Of a DNA stretch of 64,000 nucleotides, positions 8,416 through 19,100 are shown piece after piece (the first letter of the stretch is position 1; every line of letters begins with the position of its first letter). The translations under genes were made by a program, and so were the position numbers. Below the pieces are notes generated by a model, which had not been told where the DNA came from, did no database searches, and worked only from the letters and a program-made list of their open reading frames with translations. The DNA comes from Christensenella sp. UBA7862 (GTDB taxonomy: Bacteria > Bacillota > Clostridia > Christensenellales > UBA1242): contig DLSM01000010.1 in the NCBI GenBank assembly GCA_002500135.1, forward strand, positions 69,063 through 133,062, read 5' to 3'.

Positions 8416-11229
8416 ATGGAAGATAAAATACAAATTTATGGGGCAAAGGAGAACAATCTTAAAAATATAAGCTTAACTCTGCCAAGAAACAAGTTAATTG
8501 TTTTCAGCGGAGTTAGCGGAAGTGGAAAATCGACCCTTGCTTTTGGCACAATCTTTGCCGAGGGACAAAGAAGATTTATTGAATCGCTTTCATCATATGC
8601 AAGACAGTTTTTGGGGCAAATGGGCAAGCCAGATGTGGAAAAAATTGAGGGGCTTTCTCCCGCAATTTCAATCGACCAAAAAACAACTTCGCACAACCCT
8701 CGTTCCACTGTTGGAACTGTGACGGAAATTTACGACTATTTGCGATTGCTTTTTTCAAGGCTGGGGACTCCATATTGCCCACATTGCAAAAAGCCAATAA
8801 CCACAACCACTGTTGACAACATTGTTGACAATGTTATGGAACACGAAGAAGGCAGCAAAGTGGTTGTTGTGGCACCTATTGTCAGAAGCGAAAAGGGAAC
8901 ATTTGCCAAACTTTTTGAGGAACTAAGAAAAGACGGCTTTGCTCGTGTGGAGGTTGACGGCGAAATTCGTGACTTGAATGAAGAAATTGAGCTTGAAAAG
9001 AATGTAAAACACGAAATTAGTGTTGTTGTGGATAGGCTTAAAGTTAGGGAAGAAAACAGAAGCCGACTTTCGCAAAGTGTGGAAGTGGCACTCAAAAAAT
9101 CTTCTGGACTTGTTGCCATTGAAATTAACGATGAAAAATTGCTCTTCAACAACTCCTACTCTTGTGCTGATTGCGGTTTCTCTTTTGAAGAAATTTCACC
9201 ACGACTATTCAGTTTTAACAGTCCATTTGGGGCGTGCGAAAAATGTGGCGGACTGGGCTTTGTTTCAGACATTGACGAAAAACTGCTTATTAAAGACCCA
9301 AACAAAACACTTCGAGAAGGCGGAATGAGAATTGCAAGTTGGGCAATGGAAATCTCTTCAATTAGCGAAATGTATTTGAATGCTTTGTCAAAGAAATATG
9401 ATTTTAGTCTTGATGTGCCAATAAAGTCGCTTCCAAAAAGAGTTATGGACATTTTGCTTTATGGTAATAACGGCGAGGAACTAGATCTTGCATATGCAAA
9501 TTCAAAGTTTTCGGGCAGTTATAAGGGCAGTTGGGAAGGCGTTGTGCCAATGATTAGACGTCGCTTTGCCGAGAGCAAAAGTGAATATGCAAAACAAGAA
9601 TATAGCAAACTTATGCGTGATTCACTTTGCAGCGAGTGTGGCGGCAAAAGGTTAAATGAAAAGGCGCTTTCGGTGTATATTGGGCGAAAAAATATAAGCG
9701 ATTTGACTGAAATGAGTGCAATGGAACTTAGAGATTTTTGCATGAATCTTAAAATAAAGCCACAAGACGAAGCAGTTGCAAAGCCAATTTTGAAAGAAAT
9801 TATTGCAAGATTGTCATTCCTATGTGATGTTGGACTTGACTATTTGACCCTTGCCAGAATGGCAAAAACATTAAGCGGTGGCGAAGCACAACGAATAAGA
9901 CTTGCAACTCAAATTGGCAGTGGACTTGTGGGCGTTTTGTATATTTTTGACGAACCAAGCATTGGACTTCACCAATATGACAACGAAAAATTACTCAATT
10001 CCTTGAAAAAACTTCGTGACCTCGGCAACACTCTCATTGTTGTTGAACATGATGAAGATACAATAAGAAGTGCGGACTATGTTGTTGACCTTGGCCCAAA
10101 AGCTGGGGAATTTGGGGGTAAAATTGTGGCTTGTGGCACGCCAAAGGACATTATGAAGTGCAAAGAGTCACTTACTGGAAAGTATCTTACGGGCGAACTC
10201 AAAATTGAAATTCCAAAGAAAAGACGTAAACCACAAGGATATTTGACCCTATCTGGCGTAAGGCAAAACAACCTCAAAAATATAAAAGTTGACATTCCAC
10301 TAGGTGTTCTAACAGTTGTCACGGGGCTTAGCGGAAGTGGCAAGTCCAGCCTTGTAAATGAAGTTTTGTTCCCAGCAGTTTCCAATCAAGTTATGCATTC
10401 CAGTTTGCAAGAAGGGAAATATAGAAGCATAAAAGGCATTGAACAGATTGACAAAGTTATCAACATTGACCAATCACCAATCGGCAGAACACCACGAAGC
10501 AACCCCGCAACATACATCGGACTGTTCACCCTTATTCGTGACCTTTTTGCCTCCACTCCAGACGCTCAAGAACGTGGATATACAAGCGGCAGATTTAGTT
10601 TTAATGTGAAAGGCGGCAGGTGCGAAAATTGTGAAGGTGACGGCGAGAAAAAAGTTGAAATGTACTTTTTGCCAGATGTTTATGTGCCTTGCCCATATTG
10701 TCGTGGCAAGAGATATAATAGGGAAACATTGCAGGTGAAATATAAGGGTAAGAGTATAAGTGACGTGCTTGAAATGAGTGTTGAAGAAGCCTTGAAATTC
10801 TTTGAAAATTTGCCTTCAATAAAAAACAAAGTTCAAAGCCTTTATGATGTTGGCTTGGGATACATTAAACTCGGGCAAAGTGCCACAACTCTTAGTGGCG
10901 GTGAAGCACAAAGAGTTAAACTTGCCAGCGAACTTTGTAAGCGGGATACTGGCAAAACGCTTTATATTCTTGACGAACCTACAACGGGACTTCACAGTTA
11001 TGACATCAACAATCTTGTAAACATTCTTCAAAAACTTGTTGACAAAAACAATTCAGTTGTTGTTATTGAACACAATCTTGATGTTATAAAAATTGCCGAC
11101 TACATCATTGACCTTGGCCCAAATGGGGGAGATAGGGGCGGAGAAGTGGTCGCACACGGAACGCCAGAGCATGTTGCGAAAGTTCCGGAGAGCAAAACGG
11201 GACTTTTCCTTAAAAAACTTTTGAAATGA
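8416..11229 (+). CDS. uvrA: excinuclease ABC subunit A
   Basis: 937 aa. Has two ABC ATPase modules (GVSGSGKST, GLSGSGKSS; LSGGEAQR twice) and zinc-finger Cys clusters. Confidence 0.97.
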   Translation: MEDKIQIYGAKENNLKNISLTLPRNKLIVFSGVSGSGKSTLAFGTIFAEGQRRFIESLSSYARQFLGQMGKPDVEKIEGLSPAISIDQKTTSHNPRSTVGTVTEIYDYLRLLFSRLGTPYCPHCKKPITTTTVDNIVDNVMEHEEGSKVVVVAPIVRSEKGTFAKLFEELRKDGFARVEVDGEIRDLNEEIELEKNVKHEISVVVDRLKVREENRSRLSQSVEVALKKSSGLVAIEINDEKLLFNNSYSCADCGFSFEEISPRLFSFNSPFGACEKCGGLGFVSDIDEKLLIKDPNKTLREGGMRIASWAMEISSISEMYLNALSKKYDFSLDVPIKSLPKRVMDILLYGNNGEELDLAYANSKFSGSYKGSWEGVVPMIRRRFAESKSEYAKQEYSKLMRDSLCSECGGKRLNEKALSVYIGRKNISDLTEMSAMELRDFCMNLKIKPQDEAVAKPILKEIIARLSFLCDVGLDYLTLARMAKTLSGGEAQRIRLATQIGSGLVGVLYIFDEPSIGLHQYDNEKLLNSLKKLRDLGNTLIVVEHDEDTIRSADYVVDLGPKAGEFGGKIVACGTPKDIMKCKESLTGKYLTGELKIEIPKKRRKPQGYLTLSGVRQNNLKNIKVDIPLGVLTVVTGLSGSGKSSLVNEVLFPAVSNQVMHSSLQEGKYRSIKGIEQIDKVINIDQSPIGRTPRSNPATYIGLFTLIRDLFASTPDAQERGYTSGRFSFNVKGGRCENCEGDGEKKVEMYFLPDVYVPCPYCRGKRYNRETLQVKYKGKSISDVLEMSVEEALKFFENLPSIKNKVQSLYDVGLGYIKLGQSATTLSGGEAQRVKLASELCKRDTGKTLYILDEPTTGLHSYDINNLVNILQKLVDKNNSVVVIEHNLDVIKIADYIIDLGPNGGDRGGEVVAHGTPEHVAKVPESKTGLFLKKLLK

Positions 11230-11405
11230 CTTTAGCCTATTGTTTTTGTTCATTTAACGTTCAAAGTGTTTTTTACTCAATAATTTCGGCGTATTTTAAT
11301 AACAATTTAATATAAAAAAATAAAATCTCAACATTTTTGCTGGGATTTTATTTATAAATATAGTTAAAGAATTGCAAAAAAAGTAAAAATGAGTTACAAT
11401 GAATT

Positions 11406-11876
11406 GTGGAAAATTTTTATGAGATACTACGGATAAAGCCAAATGCAACGCCAGAGGAAATTAAACGGGCGTTTATTTCGCTTGCGTCAATGTATCACCC
11501 GGACCGCTATGTTGGCGACAAAAAGTTTGCAGAAAGTTATATGGCAAGTATCTCTGAGGCCTATTGCACTTTGCGTGATCCCGTCAAAAGAATGGATTAT
11601 GACATTATCCACAACATAAACAAAACTCCAAGTAAATTTGAGCGTAAGCACTCAAAACCGCTGAAAGAGAAGCCAAAAACAGAAAGTTATGCTAAAAAGA
11701 CTAATGAGAAAATTTACGTCAGACCGATTTCCTCAAAATATTTCAGAAACTCAAAACGCAAGAAATCAAACTTCTTTGCAAAAGTCTTTAAGTCAAAACT
11801 TTTCTATTCAATTATGTTTGTGCTTCTTCTTGAAATTGTTATTTTGTTTTTAATTTTTGGCGGCGTATTTGACTAA
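11406..11876 (+). CDS. J-domain (DnaJ-like) protein with basic linker and C-terminal TM helix
   Basis: GTG start. YEILRIKPNATPEEIKRAFISLASMYHPDR carries the HPD motif. The C-terminus LFYSIMFVLLLEIVILFLIFGG is hydrophobic. Confidence 0.75.
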   Translation: MENFYEILRIKPNATPEEIKRAFISLASMYHPDRYVGDKKFAESYMASISEAYCTLRDPVKRMDYDIIHNINKTPSKFERKHSKPLKEKPKTESYAKKTNEKIYVRPISSKYFRNSKRKKSNFFAKVFKSKLFYSIMFVLLLEIVILFLIFGGVFD

Positions 11877-11880
11877 CTAT

Positions 11881-12273
11881 CTAGAATAAGTTGTTTATAT
11901 TAAAGCCCATAAAGTAGTGAAGCGAGTCGGCGGAAGCTTTTATAATTGACAAGTTTTCAAGAGCTAAAGACTTGTCGTTGTCGTCAAGGGCTTCTTCAAG
12001 TTTTATAAAACTTTCGTCAATAGTTCTTATTTTGTCATAGTTGGTGAAATAGGTGATATATTTTTTTTGATTGTCCCAATAGACTTTTGTTTCGTCAAAC
12101 TTGCTTACAACTTGTTTGGCATTTAATTCCTCTTTATTTTGGGTAAAAAGTACGGTTAATTCGTTTGAGTATCCTTGCAAAGTGGTGTAGGTGGACTTTA
12201 AAAGCAGTTCTTCCAATATGCACACGCCAACAAGAATTGCAATAAGAATTAGAACATAAATATTTCTTTTCAT
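11881..12273 (-). CDS. DUF4363-like small membrane-anchored protein
   Basis: MKRNIYVLILIAILVGVCILEE... ATG at 12273 has a GAGGTGAAGGA RBS and overlaps the upstream gene's stop (ATGA). The usual partner of DUF421 genes in Firmicutes. Confidence 0.6.
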   Translation of the reverse strand: MKRNIYVLILIAILVGVCILEELLLKSTYTTLQGYSNELTVLFTQNKEELNAKQVVSKFDETKVYWDNQKKYITYFTNYDKIRTIDESFIKLEEALDDNDKSLALENLSIIKASADSLHYFMGFNINNLF

Positions 12274-12977
12274 TCCTTCACCTCGCACATAAAAGTTTTG
12301 CAAGGTTTATTTTTTTCTTGATAATAAACATTTCCGTTGCTGTTTATTGTCAAAACTAAAATATCACTCACGCTCTTAGTTTTTTGAGATTTCATAAGTT
12401 TTTGGAGAAAATTCTGTGACAGTTTGAGTTCACTCAAATTTTCTTCCATAACTTTGCCGTCATTTACTAAAACATAGTTTAACGCACTTTGTTCTGGGGT
12501 GAGTTTCAGTTGCTCACTTGTTGCTGGACTGGCTGTAGATTTCAAAAGTACACTAATATTTCCGTTTGTTTCTACAATGGCAAATGCCACGTCGGCTAGG
12601 TCAAAACACTCACACCCTCTAAGTCCTTCGGTTAGGTCGTTTAGCGTCATATTCAGTTGTTTTAGGGCTGGGTAGTTTATGCCGTCACCGTCAATAACGA
12701 TAATCGGCTTGCCGTTTATGAGTTTTCTGAAAAAAATACTCTTTCTGTTTAGAAGTGTAAATCCATGATGCAACACAACAAGTGTTAAAAGTGGAACTAT
12801 GCCAAAAACAAGCGGAATGGAAACATCACTCATGGGAATGCACGCCAAGTCGGCAATTATAAGTGTCACTACAAGCTCAAATGGTTGCATATCGCCAATT
12901 TGCCTTTTGCCCATAATTCTGACAGCAAAAAGAACAATCAAATAAATTATTAAAGACCTTAAAATTAACGTTATCAT
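12270..12977 (-). CDS. DUF421 (YetF-like) membrane protein
   Basis: LIIYLIVLFAVRIMGKRQIGDMQPFELVVTLIIADLA matches the YetF/DUF421 N-terminal signature. The start is ambiguous (ATG 12977 or GTG 12983). Confidence 0.7.
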   Translation of the reverse strand: MITLILRSLIIYLIVLFAVRIMGKRQIGDMQPFELVVTLIIADLACIPMSDVSIPLVFGIVPLLTLVVLHHGFTLLNRKSIFFRKLINGKPIIVIDGDGINYPALKQLNMTLNDLTEGLRGCECFDLADVAFAIVETNGNISVLLKSTASPATSEQLKLTPEQSALNYVLVNDGKVMEENLSELKLSQNFLQKLMKSQKTKSVSDILVLTINSNGNVYYQEKNKPCKTFMCEVKE

Positions 12978-13006
12978 ATGCACAAATATTTACAATTTTG
13001 CGAATT

Positions 13007-14539
13007 TTATGCGTCTTTTTGGGCTTGTTTGACGGAATTCTTTTTGATTGTAATTTTTTTGAAGTCTGCAAAGGAAAATTTGAATAGATTGAAAAGTAGC
13101 CCAAAAATGAGATAGAAAATTGTTGCAATTATGCAGGACATAGCAAGAGACACGAACATTGGGAAGATGTTTTTGCTAAGGTTATAAACCCAGCGGGACA
13201 TCATGACGCTTGCAAGGGAAGATAGAATTGTTAGAAGCAAATATTTGAGATTGAAAAAGTTGTCGCCTAAAAATTTGTTAAGCATAACAATGTTAAGAAT
13301 ACTCGCACCGCCAAGGCACAAAGCCATACCCCAAACAAGTGACAAAACCCCAAGTTTTGTTGTAAGAAAGACTATACATAACACAAGTGCCACAGCCCCC
13401 ACAAGATAATTCACAAAACTTTTGACCTCAAGATTAAGGGCATTTAGGCACGAAACAGTCACACCGCTGAGGCAAATGGGAAGAACTAAAAAACTTGAAT
13501 AACTTAAGAAATATCCCGAGTCGGCGTTGTTGTAAAAAAACATTCCAATAGGCCCGCCAAGTGAGAAAAAGAGTGGGATAAATATAAAAGAAATGAAGAT
13601 TGCGAACTTTATTGAAAAGTGAATTTTTGACTTGATTTCATCATAATTTTGCGTAAAAACTGCGGAAGACAAGTCTGGAATGAGTGTTGTGGACAATGCT
13701 CCGATAACCGTTGAGGGAACGTATAAAAGAGGAAAAGTCATGCCCATTGCAACGCCAAAAATTGCAAGTGCTTGGTCGCTTGAGTAGCCAACGCTTACAA
13801 GCTTAAGCGGAATGATAACAGAAATAAGTGGCGTAAGTAGGCTGGACACAACTCGAACTATGGTTATTGGAAGTGACGATTTTATAATTGGTTTTACAAG
13901 CCCTTTGGGACTGGCAAACCCACCACCACGTTTAAGATATAACAGCAAAACAAGCACGCTTGAAGCAACGCAAGAAATGGTGTAAGAAATGCCTGCAAGG
14001 AAGACTTTTTCAAGAGAGAAACTGAGAACCGCAAGGAACAAAACCGTGAGGATAATTCTTACAATTTGCTCAATGAATTCAGTTAGTGATACCCAGAAAT
14101 ATTGTTTTTTGCCCCACAAACTGCCTCGCAAAATGGAATATACTGTGGAAAAAACAAGTGATGGCAAAAGAATTAAAAGAATTACTGTGCAGCGGGTGTC
14201 GGTGAATATTGTTGAAAGTAGATTCCTGAAAACGAACACAATTCCGCAAAGAGCAAGAGCCGTGCAAGCCCCAATTAAAAGTGCTGCAGTAACAGTTTTA
14301 AAACTGCCTTTTTTATCATTTTTTGTTTCATGTTCTGATGTTTTTTTGCTGACAACAAGTGGAAGTCCGCTTGAAATAAATGTTTCAAGAACCATAAAAA
14401 CGGAAAAGGCTATTTGATAAATTCCTAAGCCCTCCGCCCCCACCATGCGGGAAAGGAATATCCTAAAAAAGAACCCCAGTGCCCGAGTCAGCACTGAAAA
14501 TGATGTGATAACTGCTAATGCTTTAAAAAGTTTTTTCAA
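13007..14539 (-). CDS. MOP-superfamily oligosaccharide/lipid II flippase (SpoVB/MurJ-like polysaccharide biosynthesis protein)
   Basis: 510 aa, polytopic. The N-terminus LTRALGFFFRIFLSRMVGAEGLGIYQIAFSVF is typical of SpoVB/MurJ-type proteins. Confidence 0.75.
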   Translation of the reverse strand: MKKLFKALAVITSFSVLTRALGFFFRIFLSRMVGAEGLGIYQIAFSVFMVLETFISSGLPLVVSKKTSEHETKNDKKGSFKTVTAALLIGACTALALCGIVFVFRNLLSTIFTDTRCTVILLILLPSLVFSTVYSILRGSLWGKKQYFWVSLTEFIEQIVRIILTVLFLAVLSFSLEKVFLAGISYTISCVASSVLVLLLYLKRGGGFASPKGLVKPIIKSSLPITIVRVVSSLLTPLISVIIPLKLVSVGYSSDQALAIFGVAMGMTFPLLYVPSTVIGALSTTLIPDLSSAVFTQNYDEIKSKIHFSIKFAIFISFIFIPLFFSLGGPIGMFFYNNADSGYFLSYSSFLVLPICLSGVTVSCLNALNLEVKSFVNYLVGAVALVLCIVFLTTKLGVLSLVWGMALCLGGASILNIVMLNKFLGDNFFNLKYLLLTILSSLASVMMSRWVYNLSKNIFPMFVSLAMSCIIATIFYLIFGLLFNLFKFSFADFKKITIKKNSVKQAQKDA

Positions 14540-14618
14540 AATTTTCTCCTATTGAATATATATATGTAAATATATTTACGATTTAGATGTTGTTAGAATG
14601 AAAAAAAGGAGAAAAAAA

Positions 14619-14900
14619 ATGAGTGAAGTTAAAAAAGTTGACATTTTGCCGTTTGAAGTGGTGAAAATTGTGGGAAAAACGAAACTTGAGGTTGCCAAAG
14701 AGTTTTGCGTCCCGCAAGCGGCGATTTTGGGAGAAGATGACGGGTTTGTCATTGTTGATAGGAAAACAAACAGAGTTCATACAGTGCTTCCTGGCGAAAC
14801 AGTAAGTTCGATTGCCCAAAGATTTGGCACAACTGTGCAAGAAATTAAAGAAAAAAATAACATTTTATTCATATTTGTTGGACAACAGTTGCTCATATAG
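14619..14900 (+). CDS. small LysM-domain protein
   Basis: ATG at 14619, 8 nt after AGGAG. HTVLPGETVSSIAQRFGTTVQEIKEKN is a LysM motif. Confidence 0.65.
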   Translation: MSEVKKVDILPFEVVKIVGKTKLEVAKEFCVPQAAILGEDDGFVIVDRKTNRVHTVLPGETVSSIAQRFGTTVQEIKEKNNILFIFVGQQLLI

Positions 14901-14951
14901 TTGCAAAGCCCGCCCGAAAAATGTTATAATAACATCAAGGTTAGGTTTCAG

Positions 14952-16073
14952 ATGATAACAATAAAAGAAGTTAAATCAAAAAGTGATATAAAAAAGTTTG
15001 TAAATTATCCACACAAACTTTATAAGGGCAACAAAAATTTTGTGCCATTTTTAAACATAGATGAAGTAAATAAATTTGACCCAGACAAAAATGAGTCCTA
15101 TCATGATTGCGTGGTCAAATGTTTTTTGGCATACAAAGACGGCGAGATTGTTGGCAGAATTGCTGGCATTATCCAAAAATTATATAATGAAAAAGTGAAA
15201 GAAAAACGTGCAAGATTTTCGCGTTTTGACTGCATAAATGACGGGGAAGTTGCAAAGGCATTGTTTGACGCAGTGGAAAGTTGGGCAAAGTCAGAGGGCA
15301 TGACCACAGTTCATGGTCCAATGGGTTACAACGACCTTGACAGAGAGGGATTGCTTATTGAAGGTTTTGACCAAATGTCAACTTTTGAGGAGCAATACAA
15401 CTTTGACTACTATGGCAAGCTTATTGAAGATAATGGCTTTAAGAAAGAGGTTGACTGGGTGGAATATAGAATTTTTGCACCAAAAGAACCAAATGAAAGA
15501 GTGGATAGAATTGCAGAGGCAGTGGCAAAGAGATATAAACTCAATCTTGTTACTCCCCCAAGCATAAAGTGGTTTGTGGATAATTACAAAGACCAATTCT
15601 TTGATGTCTTGGACGCAGCGTATTCGCCACTTTATGGTGTCGTGCCATTTTCAGACAAAATGAAAGATTCGCTTATTTCTCAATTCGGACTTATCTTGAA
15701 CAAAGATTTCTTGGTCGGGATAACAAATGAGGAAGGGAAACTTGTTGCATTTGGGCTTGTGTTTCCATCACTTTCAGAATCAGTCAACAAGAGCAAAGGA
15801 AAGATTTTGCCATTTGGAATTTTCAGAATGTTGAAGCAAATTAAAAAGCCAAAGAGCATTGACCTGGGGCTTATTGCAATCAGACCGGAATATCAAAACA
15901 AAGGCGTCAACGCTATGATTGTGTCATATCTTATTCATGGAATGATTGAAAAGAACATTGAATATGCCGAAACAAATCTTATGCTTGAAGACAACACAAG
16001 AATTCAAGGACAATGGAGCGTGTTTGACTACATTCAACACAAAAGACGCAGAAGTTATGTCAAAAATATTTAA
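14952..16073 (+). CDS. GNAT-family N-acetyltransferase-like protein
   Basis: 373 aa from ATG 14952. Contains GEIVGRIAGI and a C-terminal IAIRPEYQNKGVNAMI (acetyl-CoA binding Q/R-x-x-G-x-G/A-like). Confidence 0.6.
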   Translation: MITIKEVKSKSDIKKFVNYPHKLYKGNKNFVPFLNIDEVNKFDPDKNESYHDCVVKCFLAYKDGEIVGRIAGIIQKLYNEKVKEKRARFSRFDCINDGEVAKALFDAVESWAKSEGMTTVHGPMGYNDLDREGLLIEGFDQMSTFEEQYNFDYYGKLIEDNGFKKEVDWVEYRIFAPKEPNERVDRIAEAVAKRYKLNLVTPPSIKWFVDNYKDQFFDVLDAAYSPLYGVVPFSDKMKDSLISQFGLILNKDFLVGITNEEGKLVAFGLVFPSLSESVNKSKGKILPFGIFRMLKQIKKPKSIDLGLIAIRPEYQNKGVNAMIVSYLIHGMIEKNIEYAETNLMLEDNTRIQGQWSVFDYIQHKRRRSYVKNI

Positions 16074-16107
16074 TAAAAAAATCTCACAGTTTTGTGAGAT
16101 TTTTTTG
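16074..16107. terminator. bidirectional intrinsic terminator
   Basis: A7-ATCTCACA-GTTT-TGTGAGAT-T7, located between convergent genes ending at 16073 (+) and 16117 (-). Confidence 0.8.
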
Positions 16108-16116
16108 TATCAGATT

Positions 16117-19100
16117 TTATCTTTTCTTTTTGCCTTGTGGCTTATCTTCAGTTTTTGTTTCTTTAGGATTTTTCAAAGCGTTAAATTCTTTTTCAACTTG
16201 CTTTTTCTTGCTTTTGATTTCTGACCTTTCGCTTGATTTAATGTTTTGATTGCTTTGAAGATAAGTTACTGCAGATTGCAAATATTCCATTCTATCTTTA
16301 ACTTTGTTAAGTTTCTTGGCATATTCGCTATAAAGTTTTCCGTCAACTGCTTCGTCACCCGTAGATTTTGAATCATACTCAGCTTTTATGCTGTCATATT
16401 CTTCTTGAAGGGAAGCAAGTTGAGCATTAAGACCTTCAAGGCTGTTTTCTCTTTTAGATTTAAGTTCTGCTTTAATTTGTTTTTCGTTGATTGCTTTTGG
16501 AGATTTCTTGTATTCTGCTTTCTTAGTCTTCTCATGTTTTTGTTTTTTAGGAACACGTCTGAGGAGATATCCTGCGATTGCAAAGCCAAGTGCTACAACA
16601 AGAAGAAGGGAAGAAGCAATAATCCAAATGTTAACATCTGAGGAATGTGAGTGTTCTGTTGTTGTGTCGTCTGTTGTTGTGTCGTCAGTTTTTTCAACCA
16701 CTTTGGAAACAATTGTGTAATCGTCAGAAGTTTTGCCGACATATTCGCTTGAGTCAACGTCTGTAACTGTGTAACTGTCAATGTACATCTTTCCAGTTGC
16801 TGGTTCGTCAGAAGTTCCAAGAGAGAATAGAAGTTTTACATTTTGATCGGCTTCTGCAAGGATATAAATTGTGTAGAGTTTGTAGCCATTTTCTTCGTCA
16901 TCTTCTTCCACTTCTGGGGTAACAATTTTCTTAAAGACATTTGTGTTTTCTTCGTCAACGACAATGTTCCCGTCAGAGTCAAGTGTAACAACTTCCATTC
17001 TGCCAGCACCTTCTGATGAAAGTTCATCAGTTCTTATCCATGCACAGAATTTGTAATAACTTCCTTTTTTGAGGGAATAGGTGTAACTTGTTGCAAGGGT
17101 TTGATAACTGTTTTCAAATGTGTTATGAAGTGTAAGGACTGATGTTGATGACTTTCTTGTTGGAAGGTCTGGGTCGTCAAGTTTGTTGTAAATTTTTGCT
17201 GAACATTCATTTTTGTTTGAGATTTCTGTTATGTCAAATCCAAGTGCGTCTTGTGACCTTTTATTTCCGTCCATTCTTGCTGTGTCAAACTTGTTTTCAT
17301 AAAGGTTGACTGAAAGGCTTGTTGAATTTGCAACAACTTTTTCAGAAGCAAGATAGCCTGCGCAATCGAAGAATGCACTTTGTGCTTCGCTTGAACTTCC
17401 ATGAACGCCAACGACCATTTTTACATCTGTTGATGAAATGCCGTTTGTAAGATAGAAGTAAAGTTGTTTCCAATCGCCATTTGTGTTGATATTGTCGAAG
17501 ATTGCAATAGTTTTGTTATTGCTATCCACAAATTTCACATATGCTTTTGCGTTTTTATAAGTGCTTACGCCCACAAAGAAGGTGACTTTGCTTTGACTAG
17601 AATTGCTGTTTGAAGAAACTGTAACTGCACTGCTTGTGTAGGAAACGTCTTCTGCAGTTGAACTTCTGACCATAAGCACATTTTCTGTGTCTTCTGCATA
17701 GTCGCCTTTGTTAAGATTGTAGAAATCTTTGTAGAAAGCATAGTTTGCGCCTGGGTTTGTTATTGTGCTGTATCTGTCTTGTGGATTTCTTGACCCATCA
17801 GCAAGGAAGTGTCCAATTCTAACAATTCCGCTTGAAAGTGTTTCGGAAGTTGATTTTGAAACTGTCCAACTTGTTGGAACGAGTGGATAATTCATAACTA
17901 TTGAGCCGTCTGTGCCGATTGTGTAACTGTTTGAAAGGGAATCTATAGTTGCAAAATTGAATTGACCGTTTTTGATGTTTGATGTGTCTGCCATGCTGGA
18001 CAAATCAAGTGTGTTCGATGAAGAAGTTTTTGAAGACAATTCGCTTGAAGTAACAGCCTCAAGAACAATGTTATCCACAACAGCCCAGCCTTTTTCTGTT
18101 CCAAGTGACAACTTAAGAGAAACTTTTTCGTCACTTTCGCTGCTGCCTTTGATGTAGAAACTTACAACAGAGAAGCCGTTTCTTGCGTCTGTGCTTGAAG
18201 AACCTTTAAGAGTAGATTGTGAGATTGCTTTTGAAGCAAGTTTTTCGTTTGTTGGGGTGAGGGTTGCTGTAAGTCCAGATGTTTCACCGCCTGTTTTCAA
18301 AACAAATGACAATCTGTAAAGCCCGTGTTGATAAATTGTAAGAGTGTTGTCTTTAGCATTGTCTTTGTCGTCTGTAACTGATGAAATTGTTTTTGCTTCT
18401 GCAACAGCAGCACTATTTACAAAAAACAGAGATTTGCTCGTTGATGCGTTTCCGTCAAAGACGTCTGCATTGTTGCCAGTTGTTTCAAAAATTGAATTTA
18501 TTTGTGAGTTGATATAATCTTTTGTGTTTACATAAATGTCGCTTAAACCATTGCCACCTTCCACTGTCCAAAAGTCAAGGTCTTGTTCAAAGTCGGAATT
18601 CTTAAAAGAGGTGAGGGCAGTTCTTTGGAAACTCTTTTTTGCACTTGTGCCAGCGTTTGCTGCGTCAAGATAATCTGCTTCCGCCACTTCCGAAACTACA
18701 ATGTGGTCATAGAACACAGCGCCAGCATCATTGCCTTTTTTAAATTTTAGCTGCAAAGTGAAACTCTTTGCTTCAAATGAGTCTGTTTGAACATAAAGAG
18801 TATATTTGCTCCATTCGCTTGTTGTGACGTTGAGTGACATATCAAGTTCTGGGGAATAGATTGTGCCAGAGCCGTTGCCTTGTGTCATTGCATACACGCT
18901 TATTTCATAAAACTTGTCCGCTTCAAGGGTTGCAGAGTCGCTTGTAACATATCCACTTGTTTGCCCAGTTGCATTGCTTGCACCACGGAACATAAGGATA
19001 TAGTTATCTGGGTCAGAAATGTTTGTTGATGGCTTTGGCTTGTTTGTCAGCCCATAACTGTTTGAACTGCTGGTGTCAATGACACCGCATGAAACATCTT

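Noticed and set aside
13989-14417. 142-aa plus-strand ORF inside the flippase gene region
   Set aside because: Antisense to a 510-aa polytopic membrane protein with a clear MOP-family N-terminus. Arg/Lys/Ser-rich shadow translation.
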